Positions 1 through 8,978 of a DNA stretch of 24,000 bases are shown piece by piece (positions within the stretch are counted from its first letter, which is position 1; each line of letters begins with the position of its first letter). The DNA is from Acidimicrobiales bacterium (GTDB lineage Bacteria; Actinomycetota; Acidimicrobiia; Acidimicrobiales; VFJN01). The notes below the pieces were generated by a model that saw only the letters and a list, made by a program, of their open reading frames with translations, made no database searches and had not been told where the DNA came from. Made by a program: the position numbers and the translations under genes. The stretch spans positions 188 through 24,187 of the forward strand of contig JBOGHG010000037.1 of NCBI GenBank assembly GCA_050744525.1, written 5' to 3'.

Positions 1-159
1 CGTCTTGCCGGTGCCGGCGGGGCCCTCGACGAGGACCGGCTTGCCGAGTCGATCGGCGAGGTAGACGACGCCGGCGATGCCCTCGTCGGCCAGGTAGTCC
101 ACCTTCCCCAGCGCCTCGCGGACGGCGGCGACGGACTCGAACCGGTAGGCCTCGGTCAT
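1..159 (-). CDS. AAA+ ATPase of the MoxR/AAA_5 type, N-terminal 53 codons only (gene runs off the window start)
   Basis: Hand translation from ATG (157-159, minus): MTEAYRFESVAAVREALGKVDYLADEGIAGVVYLADRLGKPVLVEGPAGTGKT. Walker A GPAGTGKT is preceded by the YLAD...LGKPVLVEG context typical of MoxR-like ATPases. Absent from the ORF track because the window edge truncates it. Confidence 0.7.
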   Translation of the reverse strand, partial: MTEAYRFESVAAVREALGKVDYLADEGIAGVVYLADRLGKPVLVEGPAGTGKT

Positions 160-165
160 CGTTCC

Positions 166-196
166 AGGCTACCGGTCGCCTTGACCAGACGGTCAA
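166..196 (-). promoter_or_regulatory. Candidate leaderless promoter of the MoxR-like gene
   Basis: Minus strand reads TTGACC (196-191), N19, TAGCCT (171-166), N6, ATG (159). No Shine-Dalgarno is present. TANNNT 6-7 nt before the start codon is the pattern of actinobacterial leaderless mRNAs. Confidence 0.3.
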
Positions 197-419
197 TCAC
201 GAAACACTGGCGCGGCCCATCGTACGGCGTCGTACTCGACCAACCTTTCGCCAACCTCGCATCGGCGAAGCTTGGCCCTACGGCGCCACCAGGCAGCGCC
301 GTCTCCCCCGGTACCCAGCAGCGGGGTCGGGGGCGGCATCGTCCGCCCGCCCGCCACCCCCGACCTCGCTGCGGGCCTCGGGATCGGGCCCCTCGCCGAG
401 TTCGGCGCGTAGACTCGCG

Positions 420-1700
420 GTGCAACGGGCGGGCAGGCTGAGGGATGCTGTGGACCGCGAGCTAGTGCAGCGACGCCGTGCCATCGAGCGCGCGAGGGGC
501 GAGTTGCCGGATGCCGGCGACGACGCGTCCGACAGCTCAGCGGGCGGCCTGCGGGGCCGGTCCGTCGTCAGCCCCGTGATCAGGGCGTCGTGGCGCAGAT
601 GCGAGCACGAGCTCGACACCCAGCGCGAGTCCGCACCGGTCGAGCCCGCCGACGAGGCGCGGGAGCGTTGGGAGGCCTCGCCGATCCGCCGGGCCGTCCC
701 CACGCTGGCCGTCCAGCTCGAGACACTGGCGGCCAACGGTGACCTGATCACCTCGGTGAACGATCCGCAGGGGCGCCTCCTGTGGGGCTGGACGCCGAAG
801 TGGCTGCGTCCCGGCGCCGAGCGCATCGGCCTCGTCCCCGGTGGTGTCTGGAACGAGACGACCACCGGGACCAACGGGGTCGCCACGGCGCTCGCCGCCG
901 ACCTCGGCGTCTCGGTGTTCGCCACCGAGCACTGGCTTGCCCCCTTCCGCGACTGGGTGTGCTACGCCGCTCCGGTGCACGCCGCCGACGGGTCACAGGT
1001 GGGCGCCCTCAACCTGTCGACCAAGTGGGACCACGCCAACCCACTGGGGCTGACCACGGTGACGGCCATGGCCCGGCTGGTCGAGCACGAGCTCCAGGCC
1101 GTCGAACGAGACTGGGCCGCGACGGGCGGCGGGCCCGCCCTCCACCTCCGACTCCTCGGGCGGGGTCGAGCCACGCTGGGCGACATCCCGCTGGCCCTGT
1201 CGCTGCGGCAGATCGAGATCCTCACGATCCTGGCCGTCGTCGGCACCGCCACCCTCGACCAGCTCCACGCGCTCCTCTATGGCGACCGGCCGGTCGCGGC
1301 CACGACCCTCAAGGCCGAGGTCTCCCGCCTGCGTCGCGTCCTCGGAGGGCACATCGCATCGCGGCCGTACCGGCTTGCCGTCCCGTGCCAGGCCGACGCC
1401 CAGCGGCTGCTGGAGCGGCTCGATGTCGGCGACGTCGACGGTGCCTGCGAGCTGTACGACGGACAGCTGCTTCCGGCCAGCGACGCGCCGCTCGTGGTCG
1501 AGCGCCGGCACCACATCGACGTCGCCCTGCGCACCGCACTGTTGCGCGACGGGTCGGCTGCCGCCCTGTTGCGTTACGCCGAGGTCCATCCCTTCGACGT
1601 CGAGGTCCTGGAGCGGGCCGTGGCGTCCGCCCGCCCCAACGATCTGCTCCTGCCCACCGCGGTCGCCCGGCTCGCGGCTGCCCGCCAACTCCTGACGTAG
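420..1700 (+). CDS. Transcriptional regulator: N-terminal AcoR-like GAF sensor region fused to a C-terminal SARP-like winged-helix + BTAD-like module
   Basis: 426-aa ORF. VIRASWRRCEHEL is the SWxRC signature seen at the N-termini of AcoR-type GAF regulators. The C-terminus (LRLLGRGRATLGDIPLALSLRQIEILTILAV...LLYGDRPVAATTLKAEVSRLRRVLGGHIASRPYRLAV...DAQRLL...ELYDGQLLP) follows the SARP/OmpR wHTH + BTAD pattern. Start is uncertain: GTG 420 has no SD, while in-frame GTG 450 is preceded by GAGGGA (440-445). Confidence 0.8.
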   Translation: MQRAGRLRDAVDRELVQRRRAIERARGELPDAGDDASDSSAGGLRGRSVVSPVIRASWRRCEHELDTQRESAPVEPADEARERWEASPIRRAVPTLAVQLETLAANGDLITSVNDPQGRLLWGWTPKWLRPGAERIGLVPGGVWNETTTGTNGVATALAADLGVSVFATEHWLAPFRDWVCYAAPVHAADGSQVGALNLSTKWDHANPLGLTTVTAMARLVEHELQAVERDWAATGGGPALHLRLLGRGRATLGDIPLALSLRQIEILTILAVVGTATLDQLHALLYGDRPVAATTLKAEVSRLRRVLGGHIASRPYRLAVPCQADAQRLLERLDVGDVDGACELYDGQLLPASDAPLVVERRHHIDVALRTALLRDGSAAALLRYAEVHPFDVEVLERAVASARPNDLLLPTAVARLAAARQLLT

Positions 1701-1740
1701 GCCTGCGCCCTGGTGGGGTCGCTCGTAGCGCCCGCCTCGC

Positions 1741-2709
1741 TCAGGGGATGAGCAGCACGCGACCGAAGGCCTGCCGGCTCTCGATGTAGCGGTGGGCGTC
1801 GGCGGCGTCGGCCAAGGGGAACGTGCGGTCGATCACAACCCGCAATTCACCGCTCGCCACCCGCTCGAGCAACTGGGCCACGAGCGGTTCGGTGCGCTCC
1901 GGCATCATCATCATCTCGGCGCCCAGGAACACGCCGGTCACGGTGGCGTTCTTCAGGGCGAGCGGCCAGACGTCGGGCACGGTGTCGTCGCGTCCCGCCC
2001 GTCCCACCCAGCTGACCCGTCCGCGGTAGGCCAGGGACGCGATGCTGGTCTCGAGCACCCGCCCGCCGACGGGATCGACGACGAGGTCGACGCCGCGGCC
2101 CTCGGTCAGGTTCATCACCTCGCGGGCGACGTCCGCCGACGCGTAGTTGACGGGATGGTCGAGGCCGAGATCGCGGAGCCGCTCGAGGCGCTCGTCGCTC
2201 GAGGCGGTCGCCACCACGGTGGCGCCGGCGGCCTTGGCGAGCTGGATGGCGGCCACCCCGACGCCGCCAGCCCCCGCCTGCACCAGCACGGTCTCACCCT
2301 CCCGGAGGTGCCCGAACTCGAACAGGCAGTCGTGGGCCGTGGCGAACTCGATCGGCACCGCGGCCGCCTCCCGGACGGGGAGGCCCTCGGGCAGCGCCCA
2401 CACGGATCTCGCTGGCAGGCTCGCCAACTCCGCGTGCGACCCGGCGGGCATGGTGGCCACCACGCGTTGCCCCACGGCCAGTCCGTCGACCCCGTCACCC
2501 ACCTCCCGCACCACGCCGGCCGCCTGGTAACCCACGATGTGCGGGGCCGACGGGACCTCGCCCCGCTGGCGGTGCAACAGGTCGCCCCCCTGTACGCCCA
2601 CCGCCTGGACCTCGACGACGACGCCCCCCGGCCGCAGCTCGGGATCGGGGACCTCGTCGTAGCGGAAGACCTCGGGTCCGCCCGTCCGGTCGTACACCGC
2701 CGCCTTCAT
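1741..2709 (-). CDS. Quinone oxidoreductase-like / zinc-type alcohol dehydrogenase superfamily (MDR) protein
   Basis: 322 aa. [26 protein letters not shown]-terminus and the Rossmann motif [19 protein letters not shown] are typical of NADPH:quinone reductase-like MDRs. The start ATG overlaps the proA stop (ATGA at 2706-2709). Confidence 0.9.
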   Translation of the reverse strand: MKAAVYDRTGGPEVFRYDEVPDPELRPGGVVVEVQAVGVQGGDLLHRQRGEVPSAPHIVGYQAAGVVREVGDGVDGLAVGQRVVATMPAGSHAELASLPARSVWALPEGLPVREAAAVPIEFATAHDCLFEFGHLREGETVLVQAGAGGVGVAAIQLAKAAGATVVATASSDERLERLRDLGLDHPVNYASADVAREVMNLTEGRGVDLVVDPVGGRVLETSIASLAYRGRVSWVGRAGRDDTVPDVWPLALKNATVTGVFLGAEMMMMPERTEPLVAQLLERVASGELRVVIDRTFPLADAADAHRYIESRQAFGRVLLIP

Positions 2710-3962
2710 GTCGTTTGGCCCCGCGTCTGGCCGTTGCCGTGGATGACGTACTTCTCGGTGGTGAGCTCGCGTAACCCCATGGGGCCCCGTGCGTGGAGCT
2801 TCTGCGTCGAGATGCCGATCTCGGCGCCGAAGCCGAACTCCTCGCCGTCGACGAACCGGGTCGAGGCGTTGACCAGCACGGCGGCCGCATCGACCTCATG
2901 CGTGAAGCGCTCGGCCGCCTCGCGGTCGCCGGTGACGATCGCCTCGCTGTGGCCGCTGCCGTAGCGGGCGATGTGGTCGAGCGCGCCGTCGAGGGAGGGG
3001 ACGACGCGCATCGCCAGCTTGAGCGCCAGGAACTCGCGCGCCCAGTCGTCCTCGGTGGCGGTGCCGACACGGTGGGCGCCCAGCGCGCGCCGGCTGGCGT
3101 CGTCGCCCACCAGCTCGACCCCCTCGAGCCGCGCCGCCACCCGGGGCAGGAACTCGGCGGCCACGGCCTCGTGCACGAGCAGGGTCTCGGCGGCGTTGCA
3201 GACGGACGGGCGCTGGGTCTTGGCGTTGACCACGAGGTCGGCGGCCATGACGAGGTCGGCGTGGGCGTCGACGTAGACGTGGCAGTTGCCGTCGCCGTCG
3301 ATCACGTAGGGGACGCTGGCGTTGTCGAGGACCGAGCGGATCAGCGACGGCCCGCCCCGCGGGATGAGGCAGTCCACCGTGTCGCGCTGCCGCATGAACT
3401 CGACGGCGGCGTCGCGGGACGTGTCCTCGACCAGCACCAGGGCATCCTCCGGGAGCCCGGCCTTGGCCAGCGCCTCTCGCAGCACGGCGGCGATGGCGAC
3501 GTTCGATCGGATCGCCCCCGACGAGCCCCGGAGGAAGGCGGCGTTGCCGGACTTGAGGCACAGCCCGAAGGCGTCGCTGGTGACGTTGGGCCGGTTCTCG
3601 TAGATGATCGCCACCACGCCGAGCGGCACGCGGACCTTGTGGATTCGCAGCCCATTGGGCTGCACCCACCCTTGCGTGATCTCGCCCACGGGATCGGCCA
3701 GCCCGGCCACCTGCCGCAGCCCGCCGGCCATGCCGTCGATCCGGGCCGGGGTGAGTCGCAGGCGGTCGACGACCGTGGCGTCCACGCCGGCGGCCTCGGC
3801 CCGTTCGACATCGTCGGCGTTGGCGGCGACCAGGTCGTCGGCCCGCTCGACGAGCAGCTCGGCGGCGGTGAGCATGGCGGCGTCCTTGGCGGGGGTCGAG
3901 GCGGTGGCCAGCACCCGGCTGGCGGCCTTGGCGCGTACCGCGAGGTCGGCGATGGTGGACAT
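2706..3962 (-). CDS. proA: Gamma-glutamyl phosphate reductase
   Basis: Full-length ProA-like translation ([18 protein letters not shown]..., catalytic-Cys context [13 protein letters not shown]-terminal [14 protein letters not shown]). I prefer ATG 3962 (MSTIADL) over the track start at 3995, because typical ProA N-termini begin there and a TANNNT hexamer sits 7 nt upstream. Confidence 0.95.
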   Translation of the reverse strand: MSTIADLAVRAKAASRVLATASTPAKDAAMLTAAELLVERADDLVAANADDVERAEAAGVDATVVDRLRLTPARIDGMAGGLRQVAGLADPVGEITQGWVQPNGLRIHKVRVPLGVVAIIYENRPNVTSDAFGLCLKSGNAAFLRGSSGAIRSNVAIAAVLREALAKAGLPEDALVLVEDTSRDAAVEFMRQRDTVDCLIPRGGPSLIRSVLDNASVPYVIDGDGNCHVYVDAHADLVMAADLVVNAKTQRPSVCNAAETLLVHEAVAAEFLPRVAARLEGVELVGDDASRRALGAHRVGTATEDDWAREFLALKLAMRVVPSLDGALDHIARYGSGHSEAIVTGDREAAERFTHEVDAAAVLVNASTRFVDGEEFGFGAEIGISTQKLHARGPMGLRELTTEKYVIHGNGQTRGQTT

Positions 3963-3969
3963 GCCGCCC

Positions 3970-3975
3970 ATGCTA
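3970..3975 (-). promoter_or_regulatory. Candidate -10 hexamer (TAGCAT) for a leaderless proA transcript
   Basis: Minus strand reads TAGCAT (3975-3970), GGGCGGC (7 nt), ATG (3962). No SD lies between them. Confidence 0.3.
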
Positions 3976-3999
3976 CGGGGCCGGTCCGCACCCACCCTT

Positions 4000-4039
4000 T
4001 GTCAGCGCTCAGGTCCCACCAGGTACCTGAGCGCTGACA
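4000..4039. promoter_or_regulatory. Perfect 15-bp inverted repeat (TGTCAGCGCTCAGGT N10 ACCTGAGCGCTGACA): candidate operator or 5'-UTR stem-loop
   Basis: Arms at 4000-4014 and 4025-4039 are exact reverse complements. A nested 10-bp palindrome CAGGTACCTG lies at 4020-4029. The repeat sits in the 153-bp divergent spacer between proA (start 3962, minus) and the GNAT gene (start 4116, plus). Confidence 0.55.
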
Positions 4040-4115
4040 GAACGCACGGGGAAGCTGCGCCGTCCGACCCGGCGCGTCGCCGCCCGCGGCGACCGCGTGG
4101 CAGGCTCAGCGTCCT

Positions 4116-4694
4116 ATGGAGGCGCGGCAGGCCACCGATGGTGACGTCCGGTCGCTGGCGGGCACGCTCGCGCGCGCCTTCCACGACGACCCGGTCATGA
4201 CCTGGCTGTTCGGCGAGGGACCCGCTCCCCGCCTGCGGCGCTACTTCGCCGCCGAAGCCCGCCGCCACGGCCGCCACGGCCAGGTGCTGGTTGGCGGCGA
4301 CCACGCCGGAGCGGCGTTCTGGGATCCCCCGGGCCTGTGGAAGGCGACCTGGCCGCAGCTGCTGCGCTCGGCCCCGGTGATGCTGCCGGCCGTCGGCCCC
4401 CGGATCTTCCGGGCGATCAAGGCCCTCGACCTCATCGATCGCGCCCATCCCCGCGAGCACCACTGGTACCTGGCGGTGCTCGGCACCGATCCGCCACACC
4501 AGGGCCGGGGTGTGGGCACGGCACTGGTCAGTCCGGTGCTCGAACGCTGCGATCGCGAGGGTCTCGGCGCCTACCTCGAATCCTCCAAGCCGGCGAACGT
4601 CCCCTACTACGAGCGCTTCGGCTTCAACGTGACCGGGCAGATCGACCTGCCGTCCGGTCCCCCGGTGTGGCCCATGTGGCGCGATCCACAATGA
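4116..4694 (+). CDS. GNAT family N-acetyltransferase
   Basis: 192 aa. The acetyl-CoA binding motif A context HWYLAVLGTDPPHQGRGVGTALV and the C-terminal YYERFGF are both classic GNAT. Confidence 0.9.
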   Translation: MEARQATDGDVRSLAGTLARAFHDDPVMTWLFGEGPAPRLRRYFAAEARRHGRHGQVLVGGDHAGAAFWDPPGLWKATWPQLLRSAPVMLPAVGPRIFRAIKALDLIDRAHPREHHWYLAVLGTDPPHQGRGVGTALVSPVLERCDREGLGAYLESSKPANVPYYERFGFNVTGQIDLPSGPPVWPMWRDPQ

Positions 4695-4847
4695 ACCGCA
4701 CTGTTCCGGTCCCCGCCCCGGCGTCCGTGTCGGGCACGACCCGCGGGTCGCCGCGGACGGCCCCGGCATGAAGGCCGTCGCCGCCCTCGGCGCCGCGGTG
4801 GGGTTGATCGTGGCGGCGATCCTGGCCCGGCCGACCCGCAGGTGTCT

Positions 4848-4886
4848 TGGCGCCGAACTGGTCGGTCAGCAACCAGATTGGCGCCA
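4848..4886. terminator. Candidate bidirectional hairpin between convergent GNAT and DUF308 genes
   Basis: TGGCGCC-gaa-CTGGT-(9 nt loop)-ACCAG-att-GGCGCCA, giving 7+5 bp of stem around a 3x3 internal loop. It lies 21 nt beyond the DUF308 stop and 154 nt beyond the GNAT stop. No U-tract follows. Confidence 0.25.
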
Positions 4887-4906
4887 GGAACGGATGGCGC
4901 CCCTTG

Positions 4907-5467
4907 CTACTGCGGCGGCGAGCCGCGGAGGTCGTGGAGGGCGCGGCCGAAGGCGATCTCGGCGATGCCGAAGAACAGCATGCGAAGGCCCAGCAGCAGT
5001 CCCAGGACCAGGGCCGTCGCATCCGGCCAGGCGATGGCCAGGAAGCCGACGATCACGCTCAGCACGCCGCCGACGAACAGCCAGCCCCAGCCCTCCACCC
5101 GGAGCGCCAGCGCCCCCGTGATCCGGGCCGCGCCGGAGATCACCAGGCCGATGCCGGCGACCACCGCCAGGGCCCAGAGGGTGATCCCCGGCCACAGCGC
5201 AGCCAGCACCCCGGCCAGCACGAGCACGACCCCGGCCGCCATCCCGAGGGTGCTGCGGTAGCGGCCGGCCGAGACCAGCTCGCCCAGGCCGGTGACGATC
5301 AGGCCGAACGCCACCAGCAGCGCCAGCGTGCGCACGGCGGTGAAGAGATCGATGATCAGCAGCATGCCCAGTACGGCGGAGACGGCGCCGAGCAGCAGGA
5401 ACAGCCACCAGCGCGACGAGGCCCGCTCGAGACCTTCCCGCTCCTCCGGCCACCCGAAATCCGTCAT
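4907..5467 (-). CDS. DUF308 / HdeD-like integral membrane protein
   Basis: Repeated hydrophobic helices follow WWLFLLLGAVSAVLGMLLI..., the HdeD/DUF308 pattern, giving about 6 TM segments. ATG 5467 (MTDFGW) gives 186 aa. The track start at GTG 5545 would add 26 non-hydrophobic residues, so the start is uncertain. Confidence 0.8.
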   Translation of the reverse strand: MTDFGWPEEREGLERASSRWWLFLLLGAVSAVLGMLLIIDLFTAVRTLALLVAFGLIVTGLGELVSAGRYRSTLGMAAGVVLVLAGVLAALWPGITLWALAVVAGIGLVISGAARITGALALRVEGWGWLFVGGVLSVIVGFLAIAWPDATALVLGLLLGLRMLFFGIAEIAFGRALHDLRGSPPQ

Positions 5468-5669
5468 CCCGCGCTCAGCGTACGACCACCTTCGACGCAG
5501 AGCGTCAGCGCTCGGGGGGTCCGCCGGCCGACGCTCGAGGGACACCCCGTTGCCACCGCCCGGCTACCTTGACGCCATCGCGCGTGCCTAGCGTCGCGGC
5601 ATGCCGGCACCGGGCGCACGGGGTGCCGCACCGGTGTGCAGCACCAGCCGGCTCATTGGGAGGTCGCAC

Positions 5670-6772
<1,103 letters not shown>

Positions 6773-6776
<4 letters not shown>

Positions 6777-7660
6777 GCACGGCGGCCAGGCTGCTGCGGC
6801 GGCGGGACCGCCCGCGCTACTCGGCCAAGGAGACGGCGATCGCGCTGGCACTGCTGACGCCGTCGATCGCCGTGTTCGTGGCCTTCTTCTACCGGCCGTT
6901 CCTCAACCTGCTCAACTGGGGCACCTTCGAGAGCCGGGCCAACGGCGCCTTCTTCGAGGACGTGGGGCTGCGCCAGTACCGCGAGCAGCTCACAAGCGAC
7001 GACTTCCGCGAGGGCCTGTGGCACAGCGTGGAGTTCGTCCTCTACACGGTGCCCGCGGGCCTGGTCCTGGGTGTCCTGCTGGCCGTGGCCGCCCATCGCC
7101 GCCTGCGGGGCATCAAGGTGTTCCAGGCGATCTTCTCGTCGACGCTGGCCAGCTCGGTGGCCGTCACGTCGGTGATCTTCTTCTTCCTGCTGAACCCGGT
7201 GGTGGGCATCTTCCAGGTCGACTGGCTCACCAACCCCGACTGGGCCATGTTCGCGGTGGCGCTCTCGGCGATCTGGCAGAACATGGGCCTGTCGTTCATC
7301 ATCGTGCTGGCCGGGCTGCAGAACGTCCCGGACGAGGTCGTGGAGGCCGCCACCCTCGATGGCTACGGCCCGGTGCGGCGGCTGCTGCGGATCACGCTGC
7401 CGCTCATCTCGCCGGTCCTGCTGTTCCTGCTGGTCGTGCTCGTGATCTTCGGCCTGCAGGCCTTCGCCCAGCCCGACATCCTCACCGGCGGCGGCCCCGC
7501 CGGGTCCACCGAGACGCTGGTGTTCAAGATCAACCGGCTGGTCCGGCCCGACAACATCGGCATCGGCGCCGTCTACTCCGTGGGCCTGTTCTTCGTCACC
7601 CTGGTGGTCACCGCGGCGCAGTTCGTCATCCTCGAGCGGCGGGTGCACTATGCCCGCTGA
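6773..7660 (+). CDS. ABC transporter permease (MalF/UgpA-like)
   Basis: EAA loop EAATLDGYGPVRRLLRITLPLISP and about 6 TM segments. GTG 6773 overlaps the ATPase stop (GTGA). The track ORF from 6611 overlaps the ATPase out of frame and is Arg/Gly/Pro junk upstream of 6773. Confidence 0.9.
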
Positions 7661-8978
7661 GGGGGGTGCGGTCGACCTGGCCGAGCGGCCCGGCGAGGAC
7701 GCCGTCGTCGCCGTGCCCGGCGGAACCGTGCTGGGCGCACCGGAGCGTGGGCTGACCGCCGCCACCATCGGCAAGTCGTCGGCCCGCCGCACCCTCGGCC
7801 TCGCCGGCCAGTACGCGGTGCTCGTCGTGCTGGCGGGGCTGGTGCTGGTGCCCATCGTGTTGGTCTTCATCCAGGCGCTGTCGCCGCCATTCCCCTACCT
7901 CGACGCCGGCAGGCCGCTGCACCCGGTCGCGGTCGAGTGGAAGGACAAGGGCTGGCTCGACGGCGGCGCGTTCTCGGTCATCGTCCGCACGATGGTGGTG
8001 GCGCTGGCGCTGGGGTGGGTGCAGCTACGGGCGGCCGGTGGGCGCCTGGCCGACCCGGCGCCGCTGGCGTCGCCCCGGCGCCTGGTGGCGGTCGGCGCCG
8101 GCGTGGTGGCGGTGGCGGCGTTCGCCGGGCAGATCTGGCGGGCCTCCGTCGACCGGTCGGGAACGACGCCGCTGTGGTGGCTGCTGGCGATCGTGGTGCT
8201 CGCCGCCACCCAGCTCATCGGCTTCGGTCGGCTGCGCCGGTGGTGGGGCTCGCTCCTGCTCGCAACGCTGGTGGGCGTCGCGGTCACGTCCGGCGTCGTG
8301 GTCGCGTTCGGGGCGTCGGTGTGGAACCGGGGGTGGGACCAGGGCGACATCGGCCCGGCGATGGGCCGCAGCTTCACGCTCACCACGCTGATCACGGTGG
8401 CGCAGGTGGTCACCTCGATCCTGGCGGCCTACGCCTTCGCCTTCCTGCGGTTCCCGTTCAAGACCCTGGCGTTCGGCCTGTTCATGGCCACGCTGCTGCT
8501 GCCGCTCGAGGTCACGCTCCTCGCCAACGTCCAGACGATCCGCGAGCTGGGCTGGGTCAACTCCAACGCCGGGCTGGTGCTGCCGTTCGCGGCCACCGCG
8601 TTCGGCACCTTCCTCATCCGCCAGGGATTCCGGGGGGTGCCGCCCGAGGTCCACGACGCCACCCGCCTCGACGGCTACGGCCACATGGGCTTCCTCTGGA
8701 GGTTCGCGGTGCCGCTCACCCGGCCCGTGATCGCGTCGTTCACCGTCATCTCGGCCCTCGGGGCCTGGAACCAGTACCTGTGGCCGCAGGCCGTCATCGA
8801 CGACGACCGCTATCAGACGTCCCAGCTCGCCCTGAGGAACATCGTCGGCACCGAGGTGGCCAACTCCAACATCGCCATCGCCGCGGCGCTCATCGTGGCC
8901 CTGCCCGTGCTGCTGCTGCTCATCGCCTTCTCCCGCCAGATCATTCGCGGCCTCACTGCGGGTGCGGTCAAGGGATGA
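7650..8978 (+). CDS. ABC transporter permease (MalG/UgpE-like) with a large hydrophobic insertion
   Basis: EAA loop HDATRLDGYGHMGFLWRFAVPLTRP and canonical C-terminal TM helices. At 442 aa it is longer than the sub-300-aa size I expect for this family. ATG 7650 overlaps the permease-1 stop by 11 nt. The first ~40 residues are low-complexity, so the true start may be further downstream. Confidence 0.88.
   Translation: MPAEGGAVDLAERPGEDAVVAVPGGTVLGAPERGLTAATIGKSSARRTLGLAGQYAVLVVLAGLVLVPIVLVFIQALSPPFPYLDAGRPLHPVAVEWKDKGWLDGGAFSVIVRTMVVALALGWVQLRAAGGRLADPAPLASPRRLVAVGAGVVAVAAFAGQIWRASVDRSGTTPLWWLLAIVVLAATQLIGFGRLRRWWGSLLLATLVGVAVTSGVVVAFGASVWNRGWDQGDIGPAMGRSFTLTTLITVAQVVTSILAAYAFAFLRFPFKTLAFGLFMATLLLPLEVTLLANVQTIRELGWVNSNAGLVLPFAATAFGTFLIRQGFRGVPPEVHDATRLDGYGHMGFLWRFAVPLTRPVIASFTVISALGAWNQYLWPQAVIDDDRYQTSQLALRNIVGTEVANSNIAIAAALIVALPVLLLLIAFSRQIIRGLTAGAVKG

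Noticed and set aside
1701-1740. The 40-nt convergent gap between the regulator and the oxidoreductase as a terminator. The 18-nt gap at 16375-16392 between the methyltransferase and dinB was considered in the same way.
   Set aside because: I could find only direct GCGCCC repeats or stems of 5 bp or less, with no convincing hairpin, so no terminator is called.
4116-4694. The GNAT gene as a possible GNAT-type toxin of a toxin-antitoxin pair.
   Set aside because: There is no small upstream or downstream partner ORF. The 153-bp upstream spacer is non-coding, the downstream gene is convergent, and the sequence looks like a generic housekeeping-type GNAT.
4768-5121. ORF beginning MKAVAALGAAVGLIVAAILARPTRR, which looks like a small TM peptide in the GNAT/DUF308 convergent gap.
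   Set aside because: It has no SD or promoter-like hexamer. After the first 25 residues it becomes Arg/Gly junk, and it overlaps the well-supported DUF308 gene by more than 200 nt on the opposite strand.
5601-5669. The track's ATG 5601 start for the ABC ATPase, and a 7-bp hairpin (CGGCACC N10 GGTGCCG, 5605-5628) in that stretch.
   Set aside because: The extra 23 residues (MPAPGARGAAPVCSTSRLIGRSH) are not part of the family. TTG 5670 gives the canonical N-terminus and has a GGGAGG SD. The hairpin is short and of a kind common by chance in GC-rich DNA, so it is noted only as possible 5'-UTR structure.
7937-8974. Long N-terminal extension of binding protein 1 in the track ORF 7937-10462.
   Set aside because: It overlaps the permease-2 gene in a different frame and is Arg/Gly/Pro junk. 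The lipoprotein signal peptide begins exactly at ATG 8975, which overlaps the permease stop.
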